Positions 48,401-60,400 of a DNA stretch of 64,000 nucleotides are shown piece after piece. The notes beneath the pieces are model-generated. The model was given only the letters and a program-made list of their open reading frames with translations. It was not told the origin of the DNA and made no database searches. Position 1 is the first letter of the stretch. Each line of letters starts with the position of its first letter. A program made the position numbers and the translations under genes. This stretch comes from Heteronotia binoei. Taxonomy: Eukaryota. The stretch lies in NCBI RefSeq assembly GCF_032191835.1, contig NC_083230.1, forward strand, positions 133,176,001 through 133,240,000, given 5' to 3'.

Positions 48401-51400
48401 TAAACCTGCATTGCTAAAAGTTTCAGTGATGTATTTCATCAGTTGTCTGTGATTTAAGCGTCTGGGGAGATAAATTGGAAGAAATGCGGAAGTCCTGGTA
48501 TGGGAAGGAGTCCCTTTTTCCTTGCGCCAGCGCAATGTGTTTGTGGTGCAGACAGCCAGTAATCCCTCCTTCAGTGGGAGGCCCTTCCCTGGGTGCATGT
48601 TTGAGGACAGGAGCCATCTTCCTTCAGGGCTCATGAGCGGGGAAAGGCATCTGGCACGGTCGTTTTCAGAGTCTGTCCCTCTAAACTTTAAAGTCAAACC
48701 TCCCCCCCCCCCACCCTGAAGTTATAAAATAGCCCTTATTTTCCAGACTTGAATTTTGAATTTTCAGTTTTAATTGTTCTTCCAAATGTTATCAAGCTTA
48801 TATTTCTCCTTGAAAAGTAAAGCAGTAAGGGTTGTCTGCAGATGGCTAATTTCCAGCTTTGTGGGTTCAGGTACCCAGTGTCCTTTCTGTGGCAATGGGG
48901 TCATCGTCAGTCCTTCTGATCACTTTCTTCCTGCCTAGAGGAAGACATCAAGAAGGTGACCACCTGCATGCACAGTGGGGAGGCCTGGTAGTACCTGAGA
49001 CAGGAAATGGGTGTGTGCGGGGGTGGGGGAGGGCTCCTGCATTACCTGAGACAGGCCCATGGTGGTGGTTTTCCTTTTGATCATCAAGTCATTGCTGACA
49101 CACAGCAGCCCAGGAGGGTTTCAAGGCAGTAGATGTTTCAGAGGTGGTGTCACAGGGAGGTCCTCTACTGGCTACTTGCTGCCACCACTCTGGGCCCACT
49201 CTGGACCCACCCCACTTCTGGGTCTTCGCTGTTAGGAAGTACCTCTTAATCATGGCTGAAGAGGCATGCAGACCCAGGCAGTATAACAACAATAATTTTG
49301 TTATAAGTGCTCAAGAACAAACAAGTGGGTTTTAATTATTTAGTGCAACAATGAACAAGGAAACAGAAAGGTGCAAAGAAATAAAAGCCCTGACTCAACC
49401 AAGTTTACTCTCCCTTCCTGTAAATCCAACTGACTTACCACTCTTTGGATGAGGGAGCCATCATGACTGCAGCCTCTCCAGAGAGAACAGCCCTCCCTCT
49501 CTAGCTAGTTCTTTTATAGTTTCCTCCCAGGTCCCACCCCTCTGTTCTTCACTGGGCAAGTTTTCCCTCCTAAACTTCTGCCCACCCTATCAGAGGGACA
49601 GAAGGGATCCTGGGAAATGTAGGTCTGGTCACTACTACACTACAGGCTTCCCTGGAGCTTGTAGACTGCACTAGGCCTAGGATCATGACTGGTGGTTAAT
49701 GCCATTGCCTGCCTCTGCCTAGAGACCCTGGCTTGGTTGCTGGCCTCCCATCCACATACTGGCCAGGGCCGACCCCACCTAGCTTCTGAGACCGGGTTAA
49801 CCTGGGCTGTCATCTGGGTCAGGGTGAAATGGCCCTGGGGAGCTGCTGCTGGCCCCGTTGGGGAGATGCAACATGTCCCAGTGGGCTACAGGGTCCCAGA
49901 GGGAGTCACCAAGGCTGCTGCTTCAGGTTGGGAAAATGGCATGAGGGCAGGGAGACCGAAGCCTTAGCTCCTTGCGTGCTGCGCTCCTGGTCTGTCCTGG
50001 GAAGCGCAGAACTTCCAGACGATGTCTGTAGACTGGACCCAGGAGTCAAAGCGGGCTTCCTTTCCCTGCAGGGCTTCCTGAGGACTGCCGAGGGCGATGG
50101 GAGAGCTTCGTGGAGGAGACTTTGAGCGAGGCCAATCGGCGGAACACGGTGGACTTGGTGAGGGAGACCAGGCTGGGAAAGTCCTCTGGCTTGGCTGTGC
50201 TTGAATCTCTGAGCGGGGACTTCTGGGGTCTGGTTCTGCACTGAGCAGAGTGTGGGGCTTCCTTTCCAATATAGGGAGCTGAGTTTTGATCGCCCACCTT
50301 GCTAGGCTTGTCGCGTTCCTGTTGAGAGGCAGTGGGTGGGGTGGGGGAGGCAGTGGGGGGCCGATGCTGCTGGCGGCTTCCCTCACTCTTGCCACTCATA
50401 TGTCAGTTCTCCTTCCAGGTGAGCACCCACCACCTGCACTCTTCCCGCGAGGACGAGGATCTGGAGGCAGCCTTCCCCAACGACCTCTCTCTCCAGCAGG
50501 TAACCCTCCCTGTGGGCAGGTGGTGGAAGTGCTGCAGCACCCATGGTTGGAGTACCTGGTGCCAGGTGGAGCCTGCTCTAGGGCTCACAATGGAATGGGG
50601 CTGGATGCAGGCTGCAAGTCTCCCAGCTGGCTCGCGCCTGGAGAATTCCTGTGGTGGTTGTCTTCTTGCCAAACCCTGGAAGGCCAGAGGAGAGCCAGCC
50701 CTGGACCGGCAGCCGAAGGAAGGAAGCCTGCTGTGTTTGGGGAGGGGGCAGTAGGTGCAGGGGGCTGCCTTTGTGCTGGACGAGGGAGCTCTTGCACAAG
50801 GGGCTCAGGAGGCCTCTGCTTGGTGTGCAGAAGACCCCCCATGCAACCCAGGGCACTGCGGGATGGATGGATGGATGGATGGAGAGAGAGAAGAGCTCTC
50901 CCCACTTGCCACTCACTGCCGGTTGGAGGAGACAAGGCTCCCCTGGAGAAGCCACAGAAGGCAGAGTCACGTTTGCGCGCACACCTCAGGCTCCAGCATG
51001 GAAGAAAGGCTGGGAAAGTGTTCAGAACCAAGACCATGGTGTGGTTGGATGCCTTAACCCGCCTTGCACACTTTGGCTCCAGGGGTCAGGATTGATTGAT
51101 TGATTTTCATCTGATTTCCGACTTTCCTCCCGCTTTCCCGCAAGCAGGTAGAATGAGGAAGAGATTCACAGCTTGCCAAAACCCTGCCTTCGAATCGTAT
51201 CAGAATGTTTATTTGGTGTGCTGTTCTGGGCCTGCTGATGAGGACTCAGCGGCCGCTGCCCTTTTCTGTCCCCAGAATGCCTCTTGCGAGGAGCCAGCAA
51301 ATGAGCCTCTTGAGTTCATCAGATCTCTTCATCAGGCTGGCTGTGACCAGTTTTTTCCAATGAATTTTGTTTTGGTAACATCCAGCCTGAGGAAGAGTTC

Positions 51401-54400
51401 TAATGAACGCAAAGGCTCACACACTGCCGTGTCATTTGGTTGATCCTAATAAAAGGTGTTAAGTGGATTGTGCCTTTTTTAAAATTGGATTTTGCTTTGG
51501 GATCCTCAGCTCTCCCACATTTTTATTTTAGCCAACTTTGGCAGCCAAAAGGTTAGAAGAATCTTTTGTTACAGAAACCAACCTGCCCTCTGAGGTCTTT
51601 AGAATGCCAAATGGTGCTTTCAGGGGTAGGTGAGATTGGCCAACTGCGGCGCTCCTTTGCCAGCTGTTGTGTTTCCCCCCCTCAGCAGTGAGGCAGGTGG
51701 GCTGGAGGGGGCACTGCAGTGACGGCGTGCTTGTTCCCGCAGGCATTCTCGGAATACCAGATTCAGCAGATGACAGCCAACTTTGTGGATCAGTTTGGCT
51801 TCAATGACGAGGAGTTTGCTGACCAGGAGGACAACATCAAGTGAGCCGTGCCTCCTCCTTCCTTCAGGGCTTGTGTGTGGAGGCCCTCCTGGAGCTCTTC
51901 ATTTGGAGAATGGGGTGGAGGACGTCTCCCCCATAGGAGCTTGTCCCCATAAGAACTTTATGAGGGTGACTTGGGGGGCGATTTAAACTTTACCCTCCCT
52001 CGTCCGGGTCCAGCTCATTGGCTGTGGCGGGAGGGGTGGGGGGTTGTGTGCATGTCTGTGGTGGGCAAATCAGCAATATTTGCATGAAGAGAGGCATTTC
52101 TGCACCACATTCCATCGCTGCTGCTGCCCCTGACCGGCACGCCTCCTTCTTTTCCAGCGCACCTTTTGACAGGATTGCCGAGATCAGCTTCCATATCGCA
52201 GCAGATGACGACAGTGTGAGTATCTTTCCTGGGTGAGTCCGCAGGAAACGGTCTTCTCGGTTGTAGGAGGAACAGCCTCCAGTCTCCTGAGGAAGCGTCA
52301 AAGGCCTTGAGATATGAATGGTGGCAGGGCTTGGTCCTACAAGGAAAGGCTGAAGAAGAGGTGATAGCATCACCATCTTCAGGTAGTTGAAGGGCTGCCA
52401 TAAATGGATGGTGCAGAATTGTTTTCTGTTGCCCCAGAAGGTCAGACCAGAAATTAAATCAGAAGAGTTTCTGGCTCAGTATTAGGAAGAACTTCCTAAC
52501 CGTCAGGGCGGTTCCTCCTTGGGAATCCTGTGAATTTAGGGGGAGGTGTTTGTGAGTTTTCTGCATTGTGCAGGGGGTTGGACTGGATGACCCTGGAGGT
52601 CCCTTCCAACTCTATGATTCTATGACTAACAAATTTTATTGTAGTGTAAGCTTTCAAGAAACATGGCTCATTTCATCAGAGGCATGGAGGGTATGCAGGA
52701 AGTGAGCGCCATGTCCATGCAAAGCAGTCGCAAAAGTCATAAAGACCAAAAGGCTGCATGCGCAGTCCAGCCTGGGTGTGATGACTTCCTTCTGTTGATG
52801 AATCTGAGTGGAGTGCCTCGATGGCAGCTCAGTTACTTCTGGTCATGAGAGAATTATCCAGAGTCCCTGTTGCATGTTGGGTGTTTTCAGGGATTCTCTT
52901 TGTGACTTGGAGAGAAATCCTTCATGGTCTCTGTGCAGGACATGATCTTGGTGACCCTAAAGGAGGCACAAAAATAAAATAACTTCTGGTTAGATAGCTG
53001 GAGAAATAACTTCTAGAACTACAAGAAAGCTGTTAAACTGTTGCTTGGAGCCCAGGCAGTTTTTTCGGGCACTGCATTCAGCCACCTGCTCCACAGCGGC
53101 ATCTCCACCTAGTGGAGTCTGGCAGCTGGTGAAGGCACTGTGGGCTGCGTAGTGACTTCAGGGGGCCCTCCTTTGAGGTGGCCTTCCTCATCTCCCTCTG
53201 CTCCACGTGAGCAGCAGCCCTCCTGAGACACGGACGGGCCTCTTCTTCTGGAACGGAGCCTCAACTGTAAGGGCCACAGGAGCTTCGCTTGTTGTTTCTG
53301 GCCGCATCTGCTGAAACATGTCAGTACATTGTATGCCTTGTATATGGGCAGGCGGGTCTAGAACTCGGTGCCCACGAAAGCTCACAGGTGCTCTTGGGCT
53401 CTGATTTCTCACAAGGTCACAGAGAGTCAGCGTGGCATCGTGATGAAGACCCAGGTTCAAATCGCGCCTCGTGCTGTGGGAGTTGGCTGGGGGACTCCTT
53501 GGGGGCCAGGCACACCCACCGAGCCCCACCCCACCTCACAGGGTTGTTGTGAAGATAAAATAGCGGAGAGCAGAGGGGGGCGGAGCGTCGCGAGCTAATG
53601 GCGGACGCAACCTAAGCTAGCTCCGATCTCCTCCTTCCTCAAAGCCTCCAGAAATCAACGAAACAAACTCTAATGTCTACAAAAACAAAAGGAAAAGCCG
53701 TCCGAAGCAAACAGAAGCAAGCTCCGAAAAAGAAAACCCTGGTATCGGCTTTCTTCTTGCCTGAAAACGCTTTAAAGGTGGGTGACCCGACCGCGTGCTC
53801 CCCAGACGGCCCTAATATGGCGCCCACTCCAACCTCTCCCAGGCCCGCTGACGCTGCTCAGTCTGATAGCGAAGCAGAAAGACCAATTACTAAAAAGGAC
53901 TTAGATCTATTAAAAATGGACATTCACAAGTATTTTAATGAAGCCATTATAGATCATATTAAGCCACTGAAAGAAAAGATTGGGGAACTCACAGAAGACC
54001 TCAATACGACTGCAAACATAGCTGAGCGCTCAGCGGAGCTGGGCTTGTCGTTAAAAAGGGAAGTCACCACCTTAAAAGAAAACGAGCATAAATTGCAAAA
54101 CAGACTGGCAACCTTGGAACATAAATGGCGTGCCCTAAATATTAAGCTTCGCGGATTTGACGAGAGAGTGGAAGAGAAACAGGACTTGCTGCTTTTTGTG
54201 GCAGACTGGCTGAGGGAGACATTTTCCCTTCCCGACAACGTGGCTGCTAGCATAGTTCGAGTTCAAAGACTGGGCGCCATTTCCTCGCAACGGCGCAATT
54301 TTACTAGAGACATTCTAGTCCAATTTACTAACTCTCGACTGAGAGACCTTATACTTCAAAAATCAAGGCAAATGGATGCTATCGTATACAGGGGGAAGAA

Positions 54401-57400
54401 AATCCTGCTCCTGCTTGATCTTTCGCCAGAATCACTTGAGAAAAGGAGAAAGCTAAAGATCGTTTCCAGCAAGCTGCATGAGAGCAACCTGAGGTTCAGA
54501 TGGAGCCCGACTTCGGATCTCCTGTTGTTTAAAAATGGCGCCTTTTACAAGATCCATGATGCGCAGTCAGGAATCATCGCGTTGAACGCTCTGGCCATCA
54601 AATACTCAGAAGAAGAAGAAAAGGAGCTACGAAAGAACTTTGAAGCGTCTGTAGACAGTCAGCCATCTGAAGATGCGGTTTAAATCTCTGTAACTCTACA
54701 TAAACTCCACTGGAGCTAACAAAAAGTTAACTTGCCTCAATAGCCCCGTTGGGCTTTTATCTTATAAAACTGTTATGAAACTGTTATATAAATGTTAACC
54801 TTGAGAACTCTGCTTTACAAAGCTCAGCAGAAGAACTGATTACTAGGGTAATGCATCATTTAACAAACAGAGGTATAAAACATGCATGTTAGCTAGCAAA
54901 ATCAATGAGCCCAAGCAGTTCTGTTGGGGGGGGGGGGAGTTTGCCTGTGTGAAATCACTTTGAATTTGTTATGAAACTGTTAACCCTTAGAAAGCTATTT
55001 TACAAGTCGCATCAATAGAGCTGCTTGTAAGGGAAATGTCTTCACAGACATACCTTCATTGCCTTAGAACTTTTGATGAGGCCTTTTTCTGTTGAATTAA
55101 TGGACTTTACTAACCGTTAACATTTATTGTGTTTCTCCTCACTAGCTCCACAGGAGAGGTTATACAACTAACTTTTATTTCCAGATCTGACAACAGTACT
55201 CTTGCCTTCGATATCCATACAGCAACTAATGGTGCAAAGCACGCATATTAAGGCTTAGTTCACCTCTTCATGGTTTCTAAGGTTGATATTTATATTACCC
55301 AGATGTTAGAGTTTTTAAGGCTTAATAAATGAGGATGGGGGAGGAAGGTTAAAGTATTTGTGGTTTACTTATAGCTTTTGCCCTCCTGGTAGGGACTTGA
55401 GAGTTTCAAATAAGGGAAACCTAAAGGGGTTTTTTCCCTAGCACCCTAGTTACTGGGTAGCTGTGAAACTTCACCCAAGTATTGGGTGTGAGTGAGTAGA
55501 ATATAGTTGTTCTGTTCTTTATTGGCGGGTGGATTGGCATTCCCCCCTTTTTCTTTTTCTTCTTCCCCTTTTTTCTCTTTTCGTCTTTTTTCCTCGTTTT
55601 TTCTTTATTAATTTAACTCTGCTATTTCCCTGAACTAGTTACCAGCTCTTATAAAATAGCAGTTCACATTAGGATTGATTTAGTTTGCATTAGTGAAACA
55701 ACACCTTAAGTCTCCTGGTAAAGTGTACTAAACCTCATGCTCAATGCCTATAATGCCTAAAAGTCTGAAACTGTTAACTTGGAACTGCAGAGGGTTTAAA
55801 CACCCAATTAAGCGCTCTCGCATTTCTAACTTTCTAGCAAGGCAGCGACCGCACGTGGTCTGCCTGCAAGAAACTCATGTGAAGAAACAAGCCCCTTTTG
55901 GGTTGCGCTCTAAATGGTTCAATCAGATCTATCATGCGCCAGGCTCATCTAAAGCAAGAGGGGTGGCAATCCTATTTTCTAAGGACACTGTTTTTGATTT
56001 GCATGATACCAAATCAGATCCTAAAGGACGTTATATTTTTGTTAAAGGCACTTTGAACGGTAAACCAATAACGGTGGTTTCAATTTATGCACCCAACAGC
56101 AGCCAATTGTCCTTTTTGAAAGAGACCTTCGCAGAGCTGATGGATTTCAAGCATGGCGAGCTTATTGTTGGAGGCGATCTTAACTACATCGCAGATCTGA
56201 ACCTCGATAAGACAGGGGGTAAGAAGCCCAAAAAGAGACACACTAAAGAAACAGGCCTAAACAACCTCTTGCAATCCTTAAATCTAACTGATGCCTGGAG
56301 GGCATTACACCAAAAAGCAAGAGATTACACCTACTTCTCACATGTGCACAACGTATACTCCAGGATTGACTACATTTTAACTTCCCCAGCTCTCTTAGCC
56401 TGTATCCATGATGTTGAAATCGGTTCCCGGACCATTTCAGACCACTCATGGGTATCAGCTAATTTCATGTTGCAAGAGCTAAATAGCAAAGGGCAGACCT
56501 GGACTTTGAATAAACTCTTGTTGACGAAAGACAGTATTTGCGATAGGGTAGATAAACAGATTCAAGAATACTTTCAACTCAATGATAACTGCGGAGTTGC
56601 ACAAAACGTAGTATGGGATGCCTTCAAGGCTGTACTTAGAGGCAACCTTATCTCTTTGGCTGCATTCTGCCGCAGAAACAGAAATAAAGATATTTTGGAA
56701 CTCAGATCCAAAATCACCGAATTGGAAACAAAACACAAGAAATTTGGAGGAAAGAAAACCCTTAAAAAACTAACTATGGAAAGAAATAAATTAGACCTAA
56801 TTGAAACCTCAGACGTCCAAAAAAATCTACTATACTTGAAACAACGCTATGTTACTAAAACAGCAAAATCCCTGAGGTTATTAAAATTTAGACTCCAGCA
56901 AACTAAGGCAAACTCTCAAATCCACTCTATTAAATCGCCTCAGGGCAATTTGCACGTCATACCCCAGGAAATTACTAAAGTTTTCCAAGACTACTACTCC
57001 ACCCTGTATAGTACAGCTATTGAGACAGATTTGGACTTCAAAAAGTATTTAAGAGACATGAAATTCGACCGGAAACTATCAACTAACGATGCTGAGTTCA
57101 TGGATAGGCCTATTTCAGAAATAGAAGTTCGTGAAGCGCTCTCCTCAATCAAAAACAACAAGGCGGTCGGTAATGATGGATTTCCTATCGAATTTTATAA
57201 AAGATTTAGTTCTAGTTTACTACCCCCTTTAACGAAAACATGTAATTTGGCAATGTCAGAAGGTATTATACCTGAGACTTGGAAAGACTCAAAAATGATA
57301 GTTATTCATAAGGAAGGGAGAGACAAGCAAGACCCTAAATCTTTTCGACCAATTTCGCTCCTAAATCATGACTTTAAAATTTTTTCCACAGTGCTAGCCC

Positions 57401-60400
57401 GCAGACTAAACAAAATTATCAATGCATATATCCATCCGGATCAGACAGGATTCATTCCTGGCCGGTCCATTGCCGACAACATTAGGAGAACACTCAATCT
57501 TATTCATTTCGGCAAATCAACACAAACAACTTCTCTTATTGCTTCATTAGATGCCGAGAAGGCCTTTGATAGGTTGGAAATTAAATATTTGAAAGCAGTG
57601 CTGGAGCAGATGGGCTTCGGGGAAAAATTTCTAAACTCAATAGCTGCCATTTATAATCAACCGAAAACACAGATTAGTATTAACACCCTCAAATCAGAAG
57701 TAATCACCTTATCTAGAGGTACGCGACAGGGATGCCCCTTGTCTCCGATCCTATTTGCGCTCTCACTGGAGCCTTTAGCTCACCTAATACGGATGGACCC
57801 CGAAATTGAAGGCATAAAAGTTGCTGGAGTAACCCATAAAATTAGTCTGTTTGCAGACGACGCGGTCATATACTTAAGCAACCCTTTAAAATCTCTAACT
57901 AATTTAATGCAAACAATAGAAACCTTTGGAAAATTTTCTGGCCTTGCTATTAACATATCTAAGTCGGAAATCTTTCCAATTTATGTTCCTGCTGAGGTGC
58001 GCCGGGACATTATGCTTACCTTCCCCTTTAAATGGGTCGATAAAACCTGGCGACATTTGGGGGTCCAAATTCCTACAGACCTTGCTAACTTGATTAGTGC
58101 AAATTATGGGCAACTCTTTAAAAAGGTCAAATTAGATTTACAGTCCTGGGCAAAACTTCAACTCAACCTGCTGGAGAAAATTGATTTATTAAAAACTTTT
58201 GTGATGCCTAAATTTCTCTTCTTATTTCAAAACATTCCTGTAGATATTCCAAGAGGTGAAATGAAAATGTGGCAAAAGAGCTTTTCTCTGTTTCTGTGGC
58301 AGAATAAAAAACCAAGAATAGCATATCATCTTCTGGCTAAACCTAGTGACAGGGGAGGTCTGGGTGCGCCAATCTTAGAAAAATATCACCTGGCGGCCCA
58401 GCTGCGGAACATCCTAATATATACTAAGAAAAGCTGTGACCTACCCTGGTTGCAAATAGAGGCAGCAAGTGTTCTTCCTGCCCATCTCAATGAATTTGTA
58501 TGGGTTAGCGAAACGGACAGGAAAAAAACCAACTTATCTAATCCCTTCCTACGTTACACACTACAACTTTGGGACAAGTATAGATCTGTAGTGACTCAGC
58601 CATCAACCCCGATTATGTCTTTCTTGGGGCAACCCTGGTTCCCGCCGGGTATGCCCAAAGAAAACTTCCAAACCTGGAGAAGAGGGAAAATTATGAGAAT
58701 TACTGACATTAGCGCCAAAGGTAAATTATATACGCGTGAGCAGCTCAAGACCAAATTCAAAGTCGAAATCCCTTGGTTTGAGTATCATCAGATACACGAT
58801 ACTCTAAACAATGTGATCCCTGTGATGCTACCAGTTAATCAGTTGAATGCCTTCGAGAAATTAATACATGATGAAAATACGACAATGAGAGGTGTAATTG
58901 CAAAAATATACTTTTTATTAAATCAAAAAAATTGGGCACACCCTACATCACAGCAAAATGCCTGGGCTAAGGACTGCAGCACTCACCTGACTGAGGAACA
59001 GTGGCATACAATTTGGACTTCATCTTTATGTAAATCTAGATGCATTAATTTTAAATTACAGCAATACAAAATAATCTCGAGATGGTATCTGACTCCACAA
59101 ATGCTAAGCCATGCACAGAAAAACATCAGCTCTCTCTGTTGGAAAGGGTGTGGGACTCCTGGCTCCTTCCTCCATTGTTGGTGGTCGTGTCAAAAAGTGC
59201 AGACATTCTGGAATAGCATAATTACCAAAATTGAAGCAATTGTACAGGAAACCATCCCTCGTACCCCTGATTTTGTCCTTCTTAATTTATGGCCGAAAAC
59301 AGCCTACTCCAAATTGAAATCAGAACTCATCTCAATCTTGCTCTTAGCAGGAAAACTGCTGCTTGCAAAACTTTGGAAGAACACTAAGATACCTTCAATA
59401 ACTCGCTGGTTTCAAAAGGTGTGGGAACTTATAATACAGGATAAGATTGCTTCTCAACTCGTCGCGGGGGACAACCCCAGATTAGGGGGAAATTTTATGG
59501 AAAGATGGTTTCCTTTTTTAGACTTTACAAACAAAAACACATCTAAGAAGTATGCAATGCCGAAAAAGTTCCTGGACTTTGTTTTATACTGAAACTTGAC
59601 CTGCACAGGCTGGGCCTGCTTGAAAGTGTTTAGGCAACTGCCTAGGGACAAGACTTTGTTTATAAGTATAGATGTCAATGCATAAATGTAGATTCATGGT
59701 TAAATGCAAACATATGAATGTGTATGCTGGTTATTATCATATTTTTGCCACTCTTTTATTTATTTTTTTATTTATTTATCTATTTACTTTTTCGTTTTCT
59801 CTGTTTTAAAAGTTGTGGTTGTTACACCTTTGTCGACATTTGCATGGAAGCTGTGTTTGAGCCAATCACTTGTGTTTGTATAAGAAATGTTATTATCGTT
59901 CTTTTTCTTATAAAATAAAAAAATTTTAAGTTTAAAAATAGCGGAGAGCAGGATGTCAGGAGAAGGGTGCGCCACAGATGTGAGGAGGGCATTGGCTTTC
60001 AGCTTCGGCCACTCCGCCCTCCTTTGATTTGCTTGTCTCATACCTTGTCAGCACTTGAAGAACTTCAGACGATTCCCAAACTCGTTACAAAGTATAGGAT
60101 CTTTATTGAGAACTATAGTGCTGGAGGTACGAGATAACAGTAATGCATTTGGTTACATTTTATGCAGTCAGAAGAGATACCATAAAGTCATCTTTCACAC
60201 GGATTGCAGACAAGTGTCTCCTTCCCAGGCCCTGTTATCAGAAGGGAGGATGCTCTCCTGCTGTGAAGGCCAAGCGGCCTGGCTTCAAAAGGCCACCTGC
60301 AGATGTGGACCCTAGGCTATCGGTTACCCTTCAGTGATCACAGAATATTGCCAGGCCCTGGGATCTTGTGTTAGTTGTTTATACAGCATAGCATGGGTTA

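Larger units (their letters stand above)
53574..59934 (+). mobile_element. Full-length intact L1 retrotransposon (6361 bp)
   Basis: Perfect 17-bp TSD aaaatagcggagagcag at 53557-53573 and 59935-59951; EN-type target aT/AAAA; G-rich 5' end, open ORF1 and ORF2, 3' UTR with AATAAA at 59914-59919. Confidence 0.97.

Noticed and set aside
48405-48440. Minus-strand CTGATGA...GAAA hammerhead-like motif
   Set aside because: No stem II or III pairing and no Penelope flanks.
49740-49810. 5S rRNA gene (also 21497-21590)
   Set aside because: Partial, diverged and fused to a Sauria-type SINE body, so it is a SINE head and not a gene.
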